From the NCBI GenBank assembly GCA_020073665.1, contig JAIQEU010000008.1, positions 29,748 through 69,747 on the forward strand: a stretch of 40,000 nucleotides of DNA, in the 5' to 3' direction. Origin of the DNA: Terriglobia bacterium (GTDB lineage Bacteria; Acidobacteriota; Terriglobia; Terriglobales; Acidobacteriaceae). Shown here in pieces: positions 25,172 through 34,141 of the stretch. The position numbers and the translations under genes are program-made. Position 1 is the stretch's first letter; each line of letters opens with the position of its first letter. A model generated the notes under the pieces. That model was given only the letters and a program-made list of their open reading frames with translations, did not search any database and was not told the origin of the DNA.

Positions 25172-25513
25172 CTACAGCCAGTGAGCAAGGTGGCGGAGTT
25201 CAGCGGGAGCCGCACTGTCGCCCCTCTCCCATGCTTCGGCAAACGGACTGCAATTGCTGAAACGATCCGGCGCGATGAACCCCGAGTCGTCAGCGGCCCA
25301 CTTGTAGGAGAAAGATGAATCCAACCCGCCACACGCCGTGGAGTATTTTCCCAGCACAAAAATACACTGCCCATGCGGTCTTGTGAAACGGTAGCCCGCA
25401 GGTTTGCCGTCGAACTTAAACGTGTCACTACTTCCTAAGGAACCGATCAACTGGCGGACGAGAGAGCTTTTCCCGCTGCCGTTCGTCCCTCTTATATTGA
25501 GGATGGTAGACGC
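25172..25513 (-). CDS. P-loop NTPase fragment without a canonical start codon
   Basis: Directly after the helicase TAA (25516..25514), in the same frame, the sequence reads ASTILNIRGTNGSGKSSLVRQLIGSLG... (Walker A). No ATG, GTG or TTG lies upstream of the P-loop. The track's TTG start at 25450 would lose it. Confidence 0.45.
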   Translation of the reverse strand, partial: ASTILNIRGTNGSGKSSLVRQLIGSLGSSDTFKFDGKPAGYRFTRPHGQCIFVLGKYSTACGGLDSSFSYKWAADDSGFIAPDRFSNCSPFAEAWERGDSAAPAELRHLAHWL

Positions 25514-28069
25514 TTAGACGGCTGAAGCCTTCGCCTTTTTACTCAGGCGGTTCAACGCCTGGACAGCTTTGATGGCTAGCGTCCGGCGACTGTCTTGTTC
25601 TGAAAATGCACTTGTGGGAACCACACCGTCCACGGCGCACTCCGCCAGCGTCCTCTTGTCTTCAATACGCTTCATCCGGATTTCATCCCAAGACCAAGGT
25701 TTGCCGTGGTTGTCTATGACTACATGCGGGATGACGACCTGGACGATGCCTATGCCACCTTGGCGGTATACACGGCCCACGATCTGCGTGTAGGCTGCAT
25801 GCGTCCAGGGGAGGCTAAGGAGGACGAGTTGGACACAACGTTCCTGTAGACCGTCAACACCAACGCTGATGGCGCGGGAGCCGATAAGGACGTCAATCTC
25901 GCCCGCGATGAATTGCCTCTTGATTTCCTCACGCTCCAAACTATCGGTGTCCCCGACGTATTCGCCCACGGTGAACCCGAGGGACTCTACGAAGGCGCGG
26001 GCTGTACCAACCATCCCTTCCACATATTCCAGGTAGAGGATGGTGCCCGGCTTGATTCGGTCTTTGACAAGTTCCAGCTTGGCAGGGAGCAAGATTTGCT
26101 CGATGGGCAGAATGTCGTCAGCCATCCGCAAGGCAGAGAACAAGTCATCCCGTTGGGTATTAATCTTCACCGTCTCCTCGGTCTGCTCATATTTGGGGAT
26201 ATACCGAACACCGGTCTGGCGTAGAACCTCGAAGAGATCAAGTGCGTTTGAGACCGTAGACCTCGTCTTGAGCGACAGTTTCGTTTGCTTGATGGCTTCC
26301 AGGAGCGAGATGCCTTCCCGCAGTTCGTTGATGACGGGCGTGGCCGACATACCGAGCACGCGTGTCTTGGGGAGATAGGAGAGCATATTGCGTATGACGA
26401 AACTCCGGTTGCTGGCTTCTCCACCGCGTTGCTTGATCATCTGCACTTCGTCCAGAACTACAAAATCCGGGCGGAGGGCGATGACCTTTTCCACCATGAC
26501 GTGGGCATTGCCAGTCTGGAACCGCTCATAGTTCAAGATCAGGAAGGCGCCCGGCCCGCGCTGCACGTCGGCAATCTTGGTGAAGACTCGGCAGCCGGGG
26601 AACGTCTCCTGTAGCTGCTCCTTCCAGCCCAGCACCGTGCTGTTCGCGGCTAAGACGGCGGTTAGCTCGGAGCCGATAACGTAGGCTGCCAGTCCGGCGG
26701 AATCGGTCTTCCCGGCTCCGGTACCCGACCAGTTGCCAAAGACCCGGTCCTTCTTCAGCCGCCACGCCACATACTTCTGCATCGGACTTGGCGGTACCGG
26801 CTTGCCGTTCTTGCGCAGTCCCCACCAAGGTGTCGCGAGGGATTCCACGGCGGTAACTTCCTCAAGGAATCGGCGACGAATCTCTTGGAAAAATTCACCA
26901 CCAACCTCGTGGCCAAACAAGGCCAGCACAGGGACCGCGTCCCCTTCCCGGAACCACTTGGCACGTAGAGCCGCGAGTTGGCTCTCCATTATGTGGTGGA
27001 GCGTGTCGGCACTGATATGCAGACCCTTCATCCGGTCAGCTAGGTGCGGGTGGATTTCTGGCTCAGGCGATTCATAATCACTTTCTTGGATGGTGTCGTC
27101 TTCATCGTCTAGACCGTTGTCAGAATGGTCCAGTTCGGGTAGTTCCCCTGCGCGCAGCGTCTGCAGAATCCCTGCAACGGTATTTGTGTTTCGCATATTC
27201 CCGAGACGAGGAAGCAGCCCGGCTTGCCGGAGAATCTTCACGACATCGGCGTCGGACAATTCGGGAAGAAAGGCTTGTATGTCGCGGAGATAAGTCTGGA
27301 CGACTTCCTTCGTCCACAAAGGAGCTACATCCAGGTAGTCCGCCCATCCCTTCCACTCATCCTTGTAGACGGTTTCTGGGGAGCGCGGTACGTCGGAAGG
27401 AAGGACAACCTTCTCGTATTTCTTGGAAGAAGGGATACTCATGCTCCGTGCCCACTCCTTGGCTTCTTCAAACGGGCGGTACGTCTTTTTGAAGATGATG
27501 CCGTATCTCTGTTGAATCGCCTGTACCCTGTTTGGGGTGCTACCACACATCTCGGCGATAGCATCTATCACAGAGCCTTGTATGGTGCGGTTGGCTTCCT
27601 GTTCCCGCAAGGCCAGCACAATCTCTTCAACCTTCTCCTTGGGGGTTTGACGATATTTCGCCAAGCCATTTCGGGTCGCAGCGTTGGCGACGAAGTTTTC
27701 GTCAACTTCACACAGTTCGGCCACTTTCTCGTAAGTCAATTTCGGTTGCGTCTTCAGGAGGTCAACAACTTTTGCTAGAACCTCGGGCGGATACTTGAGC
27801 CTTCGTAGCCTGATCTGTTCCCGACGCTCCGGCGTGAACTGGGCCAACTGCTTGGCGCGGCACGCTGGGTCAGCATGCAGCTTGCGCATGTGCTCTACCA
27901 CACCCTTCCATTTCCGATTCAATCCGTGCTTGTGGGCAAGGGAGGAGACAACACCCGAACTACACCCGGCCAATTTGCCGATCTCGATGTAGTTCATGTC
28001 AGGGTTGGCGCGGAGTAGTTCCAGGGCCTTCGCTTTGATCGCGAACGGTGTGTGAACTCCGCTTGGCAT
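25514..28069 (-). CDS. Phage-type SF2 (SNF2/DEAD-like) helicase with N-terminal HTH repeats
   Basis: 851 aa. WSGTGAGKTDSAG (I), FVVLDEVQMIK (II), GMSATPVINE (III), LLSLPWTHAAYTQIVGRVYRQGG (VI). The N-terminus has three HTH-like repeats (YIEIGKLAGCSSGVVS, YEKVAELCEVDENFV, IDAIAEMCGSTPNRV). The segment PFEEAKEWARSMSIPSSKKYEKV...PETVYKDEWKGWADYL resembles the so-called integrase repeat unit (memory). Confidence 0.9.
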   Translation of the reverse strand: MPSGVHTPFAIKAKALELLRANPDMNYIEIGKLAGCSSGVVSSLAHKHGLNRKWKGVVEHMRKLHADPACRAKQLAQFTPERREQIRLRRLKYPPEVLAKVVDLLKTQPKLTYEKVAELCEVDENFVANAATRNGLAKYRQTPKEKVEEIVLALREQEANRTIQGSVIDAIAEMCGSTPNRVQAIQQRYGIIFKKTYRPFEEAKEWARSMSIPSSKKYEKVVLPSDVPRSPETVYKDEWKGWADYLDVAPLWTKEVVQTYLRDIQAFLPELSDADVVKILRQAGLLPRLGNMRNTNTVAGILQTLRAGELPELDHSDNGLDDEDDTIQESDYESPEPEIHPHLADRMKGLHISADTLHHIMESQLAALRAKWFREGDAVPVLALFGHEVGGEFFQEIRRRFLEEVTAVESLATPWWGLRKNGKPVPPSPMQKYVAWRLKKDRVFGNWSGTGAGKTDSAGLAAYVIGSELTAVLAANSTVLGWKEQLQETFPGCRVFTKIADVQRGPGAFLILNYERFQTGNAHVMVEKVIALRPDFVVLDEVQMIKQRGGEASNRSFVIRNMLSYLPKTRVLGMSATPVINELREGISLLEAIKQTKLSLKTRSTVSNALDLFEVLRQTGVRYIPKYEQTEETVKINTQRDDLFSALRMADDILPIEQILLPAKLELVKDRIKPGTILYLEYVEGMVGTARAFVESLGFTVGEYVGDTDSLEREEIKRQFIAGEIDVLIGSRAISVGVDGLQERCVQLVLLSLPWTHAAYTQIVGRVYRQGGIGIVQVVIPHVVIDNHGKPWSWDEIRMKRIEDKRTLAECAVDGVVPTSAFSEQDSRRTLAIKAVQALNRLSKKAKASAV

Positions 28070-28107
28070 CGCTTCTCTCCTGGAACTAACCTAACCGAGC
28101 CGGGTAC

Positions 28108-28446
28108 TCATGGATTCCCTCGCGGACGAAGAACACACAAGAGACCCCAGACACCTTCCGTGATTGGGAAATTGCCGCGTAGCTCGTGAACGTCAGCGAG
28201 GATCACATCAGTCAGTCGGTAATCCACGGAAACCCGGTATTTGGGGAAGTACAGTTCCCCGCGTTTGAAGCCAAAATGTCCTTGTCGGCGACGCATCGAG
28301 GCGTCTTCGACATGCCGCATAGCGAGGGTCTGGTTGGGACCTGCGGGCATCGCGCTTTGGATCTCACGAGCAAGCGTCCGTGCACAATTGCGCAGCGAAT
28401 TCATGCGACGCTTCTGCGCTGGCGGGGGTGTGTGTTGTGCGGACAT
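28108..28446 (-). CDS. Hypothetical protein (112 aa from ATG 28446)
   Basis: The track ORF 28108..28575 overlaps the upstream gene. The internal ATG 28446 (MSAQHTPPP...) lies 16 nt after that gene's stop. Confidence 0.5.
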   Translation of the reverse strand: MSAQHTPPPAQKRRMNSLRNCARTLAREIQSAMPAGPNQTLAMRHVEDASMRRRQGHFGFKRGELYFPKYRVSVDYRLTDVILADVHELRGNFPITEGVWGLLCVLRPRGNP

Positions 28447-28462
28447 TTTGTCTGCTTTGTGC

Positions 28463-29380
28463 CTAATCCTCGAGCTCGAAAGCCTTGGATTTGGGTAGCT
28501 CGATGCCGGAGGCGGCGGCCTTCGCCTTGGGGCAGACGTCGTGAACCCAGCCACGGTCGAGCTTGATTTCAGCATCCGGCTGACCGCAATCGACGCAGAT
28601 GGTACCCGGCGGAGGGAAGAAGCTCGACGCGGCGGAATCTCCTAAGCTCTCACTGGCAGGGGCCGCCACAGCTTTCGCTCTTGGCAGGTCGTGGGGCTTC
28701 TTCGCGGCCTTGGCGTAGAATTTGTCGTACTGCGCTTCGACGGTCTCGTAAGCCTTCAGGGAGAACAGCGTCTTACCCTTCCAAAAGTCGTTCTTCTCTT
28801 TCCACTGCATCACGCAAAGGAACTTGCGCTCTTGGTCTGGGTTCAGCTTAAGCTCGTCGAGCCAGGAACCCGAAACATTGAATGCATGGGGTTTGGGTTT
28901 TGCTGTTTCCTGTTCTCCTGTTGAGCTGCTGCTCTCGTCAACCGTACCTGTAGCTGTATCTGTATCTGTATCTATACTGTTTACAGATAGGCTGGCTGCG
29001 GCTGGTTGCGGAATGTCAAACTGTTCATTACAAGGAATTAAGAGACCGCGTGTCACCAGCGCCTGTAGTGCGTGTGTGGCGCGTCCACGCTCCGTGTGGT
29101 CCACGTCCAGTTGGCGTAGTATCCACATGTAGTCATTGGGTAGGTTGCGTCCATGCTTCCCCCGTAGGCGTCGGCAGGCGTCGAACAGGTAACGCCCGAT
29201 GATGCTGAGCGCAGCGTACTGGCTGTCGGTTTCCTTGTCGCAGTAGTCGCGAATGTAGGGGCGGGCGCGGCCTTCCAGACTCTTTCCGTTCTTGTCCGTC
29301 GTCGACTGGAACTTTGCCCAGTTGCGAATCGCCAGGTATGGCAGCTTCGGAGATTCGTCCTGTGTCTTTTTGTCGGCCAT
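28463..29380 (-). CDS. Hypothetical protein, possibly a replication/organiser-type protein (weak)
   Basis: 305 aa. An N-terminal conserved-looking domain (LPYLAIRNWAKFQS...ALSIIGRYLFDACRRL) is followed by an acidic low-complexity linker (IDTDTDTATGT). The C-terminus has a CVDCGQP...HDVCP zinc-like pair. Confidence 0.7.
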   Translation of the reverse strand: MADKKTQDESPKLPYLAIRNWAKFQSTTDKNGKSLEGRARPYIRDYCDKETDSQYAALSIIGRYLFDACRRLRGKHGRNLPNDYMWILRQLDVDHTERGRATHALQALVTRGLLIPCNEQFDIPQPAAASLSVNSIDTDTDTATGTVDESSSSTGEQETAKPKPHAFNVSGSWLDELKLNPDQERKFLCVMQWKEKNDFWKGKTLFSLKAYETVEAQYDKFYAKAAKKPHDLPRAKAVAAPASESLGDSAASSFFPPPGTICVDCGQPDAEIKLDRGWVHDVCPKAKAAASGIELPKSKAFELED

Positions 29381-29390
29381 GGTGATCTCC

Positions 29391-29630
29391 TTATTTTCCC
29401 TGAGCGGTCACGGGGGCCATAGTTACGGCGGTAATGCTCTTCGCCTTCCGACCACGGGGCCGAGATATCCGGTACTTCTCCACAATCCGTTTGATCGGCC
29501 ATTCGCTCACACCGAACAATCTGCCGATTGCTTCATAGCTCAGGTCCGGCCGCTGGAGCAGGATCGTGACGATCTCCTGCTCTTTTGCCAACCGGGCCAT
29601 CTTCAAACTGTCTTTTAACCCAACGGGCAT
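29391..29630 (-). CDS. Small HTH DNA-binding protein
   Basis: 79 aa. LSYEAIGRLFGVSEWPIKRIVEKY is HTH-like. The C-terminal tail is basic. Confidence 0.6.
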   Translation of the reverse strand: MPVGLKDSLKMARLAKEQEIVTILLQRPDLSYEAIGRLFGVSEWPIKRIVEKYRISRPRGRKAKSITAVTMAPVTAQGK

Positions 29631-30095
29631 TTGCTTCGTCCTTCAGGCTGGTTGCCTACTTATAGGCTGGGAGCGGCAGGATCTCGCGATTGGCGAATTC
29701 AGGCTGGCAAACTTGCGATTTTGGGATCGTATCTGCTGTGTTGGTTAGATACACGGCAGCATCCGAGCACGAGCTGCCAAACAGAGAGAACTTCCAAGCA
29801 GATCACCGCGACGCCAAGAGGTGGATTGCTGTGGCGGAAGAGCGGCTACGGAAGGCAGAACAATCGCTGAACGTCCTATGAAACCACATCGGCTCCCTTG
29901 GTCAACTTCTGGTCAAGCAATCTCTTGATCTGCTGGAACTGTTCCAGCAATTCCGGCTTCACGTCAATAATGTCCGCTTCCAGCATCAAGATCACGATGG
30001 AGGTGTAGTAGCTGAGTGGCATCCCACCAATGCGCTTGTTGAGCCGAGCCTAACCCAGCCATGCCGTGCCACGCCTCAAAAGTGGCTCAAAAGCG

Positions 30096-30509
30096 TTACA
30101 TCCATCTGTTTTTGCGCCGCTCGTAGCTTCGCCTGCGGTCGTACGTTTCTCGTTTCGCTATGCGGACAAGACCAGCGATGTCCGGGTGCTTCTTAAGCTG
30201 TTTGGCCTTCCAGATTTCCTGCTGGCGTGGGCTTGGGTTGGTGCCAAAGAACGCAGCAGCTTCGTGCTCAAACTCTGCAATCTCGGCAAGCATCTCTATG
30301 CCATCTTCAGCGGTAGTGTTCTTAAGCCACCACCAGCTACCCGCAAAAGGTTCGGCCCTGATACCGAGTTCTTTCTTAGCGGCGAACATAGCACCGCGAC
30401 TAATGCCTTCTTTCTGTGCGTCCGCCAATAACTCGTCGGACTTGAGTGCATAGGCACGGCGAAACTGTGACCTGAGAAAAGCAGATGCGCGATCAATTTG
30501 TTGTGCCAT
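30096..30509 (-). CDS. Hypothetical protein (137 aa)
   Basis: Long ORF in the co-oriented block. Its stop lies 1 nt from the next upstream gene. Confidence 0.6.
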   Translation of the reverse strand: MAQQIDRASAFLRSQFRRAYALKSDELLADAQKEGISRGAMFAAKKELGIRAEPFAGSWWWLKNTTAEDGIEMLAEIAEFEHEAAAFFGTNPSPRQQEIWKAKQLKKHPDIAGLVRIAKRETYDRRRSYERRKNRWM

Positions 30510-30510
30510 T

Positions 30511-30912
30511 TCACCTCTGATCCTTCACCTTGGTCCCGCCAAACTCACCGATCACATAGTCGCCTTCGTTGCATTGCTTCCGCAGGCCATGCAAGAACTG
30601 GATTAACCCAAGGCTGCGCTCGTCGTAGGGAGGAAGGACGTGAAACCCGGTCGCGTCCTCAGATGGAATTTCCATCATTAGAGCAACCGCGTGGAATCCC
30701 TCTGCCATGTCACCCGCGATGGCTTCGTATTCCTTGGGCAATCCCTCGGGACGGCTGACAGTGCGACCGCTTGTCTGACCCCTGTCAGGCAGCTTGCGCA
30801 GAAGAACCACGGAGAGACGCGCCATGTTGGGACGTTGCTTCCACACATAGCGCACGTGCTTCTTCAGTTCTGGAATCGTGATTGCGTCTGCTTGTGTCAC
30901 TTCGTAGGTCAT
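30511..30912 (-). CDS. Hypothetical protein (133 aa)
   Basis: ATG 30912 is preceded by GGAGGAG and overlaps the stop of the upstream ORF (ATGA). The track start at 30969 is less likely. Confidence 0.6.
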   Translation of the reverse strand: MTYEVTQADAITIPELKKHVRYVWKQRPNMARLSVVLLRKLPDRGQTSGRTVSRPEGLPKEYEAIAGDMAEGFHAVALMMEIPSEDATGFHVLPPYDERSLGLIQFLHGLRKQCNEGDYVIGEFGGTKVKDQR

Positions 30913-31094
30913 TGTGATTCTCCTCCGTAGAGCTTCCGGTACTTTCGCCAGAACATGCCAATCTGCCACTGCAAATCAGACACTTGAGCATCCAAGTCGT
31001 CGTCCTTACCAACGAAATCCTTCAGGCAAGCGACCAAGATGTGCAAGTGATTGATGTCGTTCACTAACGTGTCTCCCCAGATCGGCTTAGGCAT
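30909..31094 (-). CDS. Hypothetical protein (61 aa)
   Basis: Overlapping start/stop codons with both neighbours. Confidence 0.45.
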   Translation of the reverse strand: MPKPIWGDTLVNDINHLHILVACLKDFVGKDDDLDAQVSDLQWQIGMFWRKYRKLYGGESQ

Positions 31095-31326
31095 TGCGCA
31101 CCTCCGGCTTGTAGATAGTGATGGACTGGTTCCAGATCGCCTCCATCATGCGTCTGGTTTCCCGAGGAGCTTTCATCTCGGACCACGGAGTCTTTCCATC
31201 GTGCATGATGATTCCTCCGGTCGGTGGGTGGTATCGGACTTCCCATCCCATAGCTTTCGCCATGGCGAGGTCCTGCTGCGCTTTCGCGCTGGATATAAAA
31301 CCGTCGTGGAACGGGTTGTATTTCAT
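31087..31326 (-). CDS. Hypothetical protein (79 aa)
   Basis: ORF in the co-oriented block. GGAGGA precedes the ATG (31326). Confidence 0.5.
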   Translation of the reverse strand: MKYNPFHDGFISSAKAQQDLAMAKAMGWEVRYHPPTGGIIMHDGKTPWSEMKAPRETRRMMEAIWNQSITIYKPEVRNA

Positions 31327-31400
31327 CGCATCCTCCGTGTGGGCTGATTGCCCTTACACAGACAACCTACGGAGGATTTCGGAAAAACGTCTAAGGAGGG

Positions 31401-31796
31401 CTAACTGCTTGATTTGGCGGGGCGTCGGTGGGGTTGGCTCTGGTCGTGGAAACACTGGCATTGGATACACCAAGGATGGGCTTCCTTGATCTCGTAATTG
31501 CCAGTGATACGGATCAGATGGGTGTCGAAGGCGACCACGTTCACATTCATCTCCCTACCGCTCTTCTCCAATACAACCTTCCGCTTGTCCTTCTTGAGTA
31601 CGGTGTAAGCCTCGTACGGGCAGCCTTCCGTTGTGTGACAGAGTCCCAGTTGCATGCCCAGCGTGAGCTCAACGCCCTGTAGTGGCACCCATTCGGTAGA
31701 GCCACATGGCTGCGCTTCCACCTTGGCATCCTTACCAACAACGACGCGCTCGGGGAGGTCCGTGCCTTCCTTCAGGTCGATGAGGTAGACGCCCAT
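31401..31796 (-). CDS. Hypothetical protein (131 aa), Cys/His-rich C-terminus
   Basis: ORF with HPWCIQCQCFHDQ near the C-terminus. Confidence 0.55.
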   Translation of the reverse strand: MGVYLIDLKEGTDLPERVVVGKDAKVEAQPCGSTEWVPLQGVELTLGMQLGLCHTTEGCPYEAYTVLKKDKRKVVLEKSGREMNVNVVAFDTHLIRITGNYEIKEAHPWCIQCQCFHDQSQPHRRPAKSSS

Positions 31797-31880
31797 AGCC
31801 TTAAGTCTCGCTGACCCTCGTCATCGCGGGCAAGGTTACGGAAGTTTTGGGGCGGTCGTTAGCCGCCCCGTTGCGTTGTC

Positions 31881-32108
31881 TTAGGCTACGGCTGGCAATA
31901 AGGCCGCGCCCGCGTCTAGAATCTCGCCCAGTTGGTCGTCGGTAAAGTCTCCAACTGGCCCGGTTACGCCCTCGGGTAGTCCCTCGCGGTATACCCAGGT
32001 GTAAAGAGTCGAGAATCCGAGATGCGCTTCCTCGGCGTCGCTGGCAAAGTCTTTGGCGATGTCGCGTGCCTCCTGCTTTGCCGTCTCTACTTCTTGTAGT
32101 GTTGCCAT
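31881..32108 (-). CDS. Small acidic hypothetical protein (75 aa)
   Basis: The internal ATG 32108 (MATLQEVETAKQ...) is preceded by AAAGGAG. The longer track ORF (to 32243) overlaps the integrase 3' end. Confidence 0.45.
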   Translation of the reverse strand: MATLQEVETAKQEARDIAKDFASDAEEAHLGFSTLYTWVYREGLPEGVTGPVGDFTDDQLGEILDAGAALLPAVA

Positions 32109-32239
32109 GGTGCTCCTTTCTGTGCCCCAGATTGGGGATACAGGGAGATACCAAGGCGAATTGGGCTGTCTGGATTGTCTCGACAATTTCTTTTTTCCTA
32201 TATTCCAGATCTCCGCCAGAACTCCGTCTCCGCCGTGGT

Positions 32240-33376
32240 TCACGCAAACATTGCAAACGTCCCGTTTACCTGCTGCCGACTGCGGTCGCTACGGGCGTCC
32301 TCGCCTTCCAGATAGGCCAGGGTCGTGGTCAAATCCGAGTGGCCGAGTCGCTTCTGGATGGTCCGCGCATCCACACCCGCCTTGTGTTGCAGGGTCGCGT
32401 AGGTCTTGCGGAATTTGTGGAGCTTGAACTCGTCGTGTAGTCCCGCTCGCTTCGCCAGATACTTCAGCTTCCGGAGCATATGGCCGTCGGCTTTGCCCTC
32501 GGCCTGTGGGAAAATCAGGCTGCCCTTGGTTGCCAGCATCCTCTTCTTTAATGCGGCCACGAGGAAGTCGGGCAGGGGAATCTCGCGTTCTTCGTAATCC
32601 TTGGGCTTCCAGTGCTCCTTAGCCTTCACGGTGAACAGGCCGTCCACGAAGTCTGCGTCGTTCCATTCCGCATACATCACTTCCTGCTCCCGCGCTCCTG
32701 TGCACAGGAAGAACTGAAACAGGATCCATTCCTCTGGTGTCGCCGCCGCGAACAGAGTTTTCAATTCATCTGGCCTGTAGGCGCGGACCTTCTGCTCGAC
32801 GTACTTGATACGGATCGTCACTTCCTTAATTCCGAAGTGCCGCAGGAATGTGACTACCTCACCCACCCGGTTGTGGATGGTGCGGTCACCGAGACCTTCC
32901 TTCCGCAGGTACCCGACGAAGTCATAGAGGTGCTGCGTAGTGACGTTTGCAAGGAGAGAGTTGCCGCTGGAGGCATAGAACTGCTGGAGGGTGTAACGGT
33001 AGCCACTCGAAGTCTTCGAGGACTTGTGTTCAATGTTCTCGATGTACTTGTCGATCGCAGCGTCCAGCATCAACTCACCGCTGGGCTGGATGGGCTTCAA
33101 AGGCCGGGGTTGAGGCGCGGGCAGGTTGAGGTTGCGGGAAATCACCGTACCGATGTCGGGCTTCTGTTTGCAGGACTCGGTGATGAGTTCGGTCAGCTTC
33201 TTTAGAGACGCGGCCTGGGCTTCCTTATAGGACTTCACGTCCAGCTGCTCCCACCTGCGCTTGCCGTCCTGCGTGTAGCGCAGGCAGAAGGTTGTGTCGG
33301 GTGAATAGGCCGCTCGGGGCGAGGCTGGTTTGTATTTGCGGGTGCCGCTTTCGCGGGTGTAGATGGCGACGTTCAT
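32240..33376 (-). CDS. Tyrosine recombinase / phage-type integrase
   Basis: 378 aa. C-terminal catalytic signature: GAREQEV (Arg I region), HKFRKTYATLQ (H-x-x-R), RLGHSDLTTTLAYL (His, Tyr). It is adjacent to a tRNA gene. Confidence 0.9.
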   Translation of the reverse strand: MNVAIYTRESGTRKYKPASPRAAYSPDTTFCLRYTQDGKRRWEQLDVKSYKEAQAASLKKLTELITESCKQKPDIGTVISRNLNLPAPQPRPLKPIQPSGELMLDAAIDKYIENIEHKSSKTSSGYRYTLQQFYASSGNSLLANVTTQHLYDFVGYLRKEGLGDRTIHNRVGEVVTFLRHFGIKEVTIRIKYVEQKVRAYRPDELKTLFAAATPEEWILFQFFLCTGAREQEVMYAEWNDADFVDGLFTVKAKEHWKPKDYEEREIPLPDFLVAALKKRMLATKGSLIFPQAEGKADGHMLRKLKYLAKRAGLHDEFKLHKFRKTYATLQHKAGVDARTIQKRLGHSDLTTTLAYLEGEDARSDRSRQQVNGTFAMFA

Positions 33377-33486
33377 TGGTATCAGCTCCGTGAGCTAATA
33401 CCGTCGTGAGCGGGATTCCCTGAATATCGCGGTAGCCGCGTACGGTAGCCGCCAAGAAATCTGCTCTAAGTCCTTCAGAATAAGTA

Positions 33487-33576
33487 TGGCGGAGAGAGTG
33501 GGATTCGAACCCACGTTAGAGTTTCCCCTAAACACGCTTTCCAAGCGTGCGCCTTCAGCCACTCGGCCATCTCTCC
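33487..33576 (-). tRNA. tRNA-Ser (anticodon GGA), CCA encoded
   Basis: The reverse complement is GGAGAGATGGCCGAGTGGCTGAAGGCGCACGCTTGGAAAGCGTGTTTAGGGGAAACTCTAACGTGGGTTCGAATCCCACTCTCTCCGCCA. It folds by hand into a 7-bp acceptor, an anticodon stem CACGC/GCGTG with loop TTGGAAA, a long variable arm and a T-arm GTGGG-TTCGAAT-CCCAC. Confidence 0.9.
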
Positions 33577-33633
33577 GTACCTACGTTTGCTGCCACCTTA
33601 GGTAGGTTGGTATTCCCAGCCACCAACGACCAG

Positions 33634-34113
33634 CTACCCTTCTTTCTCATGCAACTGCTGCGCCAGGTAATTCTCGATGCCCATCTCGCTGATGGCGTGC
33701 AGTTGTCCCTCCAGCCAGTCGATGTGCTCTTCTTCGTCGGTCAGGATGCCTTCCAGCAGTTCGCGCGAGCCATTGTCGCCCGCCTTCACGCAGGTTTCGA
33801 TGCCCTCATTCAGGCGCTTCACCGCGTCGTACTCCACCTGCAGATCGTTCTGCAGTTGCGCCTTCACATTGGGGCCAATGTTGATCTTGAAGTAGTCGCT
33901 CATGTTGGGAGTGCCGTCCAGATAGAGGATGTGCTCCATCAACTTCTCGGCGTGCGTCATCTCCTCGATCGACTCCTTGCGCGTGTGTTTCGCCAGCTTT
34001 TCGTAGCCCCAGTTCTCGCACATCTCGGCGTGCAGAAAATATTGATTAATAGCTGTGAGTTCCGCCTTAAGAACCTGGTTCAGCACGGCAATGACTTTGG
34101 CATCACCTTTCAC
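33634..34113 (-). CDS. bfr: Bacterioferritin
   Basis: 159 aa. MKGDAKVIAVLNQVLKAELTAINQYFLHAEMCENWGY...EEEHIDWLEGQL is near-textbook Bfr, with the Met haem ligand region and the di-iron ligands E/ExxH. Confidence 0.95.
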   Translation of the reverse strand: MKGDAKVIAVLNQVLKAELTAINQYFLHAEMCENWGYEKLAKHTRKESIEEMTHAEKLMEHILYLDGTPNMSDYFKINIGPNVKAQLQNDLQVEYDAVKRLNEGIETCVKAGDNGSRELLEGILTDEEEHIDWLEGQLHAISEMGIENYLAQQLHEKEG

Positions 34114-34141
34114 AGTTCACCTCGTGGGAAAGTTAGTCCAT

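Larger units (their letters stand above)
22595..33486. mobile_element. tRNA-Ser-adjacent integrative element or cryptic prophage-like gene block (left boundary not determined)
   Basis: A tyrosine integrase lies 110 bp from the 3' end of tRNA-Ser. About 20 genes are co-oriented on the minus strand, mostly small hypotheticals with overlapping start/stop codons. They include a phage-type helicase and small HTH proteins, with no recognisable capsid, tail or terminase genes. I found no copy of the tRNA 3' segment elsewhere in the window. Confidence 0.5.

Noticed and set aside
28946-28975. GTATCT x3 hexanucleotide repeat
   Set aside because: It encodes an in-frame DTDTDT low-complexity linker in the 305-aa protein. 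It is too short to call a functional repeat.
29690-30022. 63-aa plus-strand ORF (29690..29881) and a 48-aa minus-strand ORF (29876..30022, MPLSYYTSIVILMLEADIIDVKPELLEQFQQIKRLLDQKL...)
   Set aside because: Either could be real (a Cro-like divergent gene or a small co-oriented gene). Neither has a recognisable motif or a convincing SD, so neither is listed as a feature.
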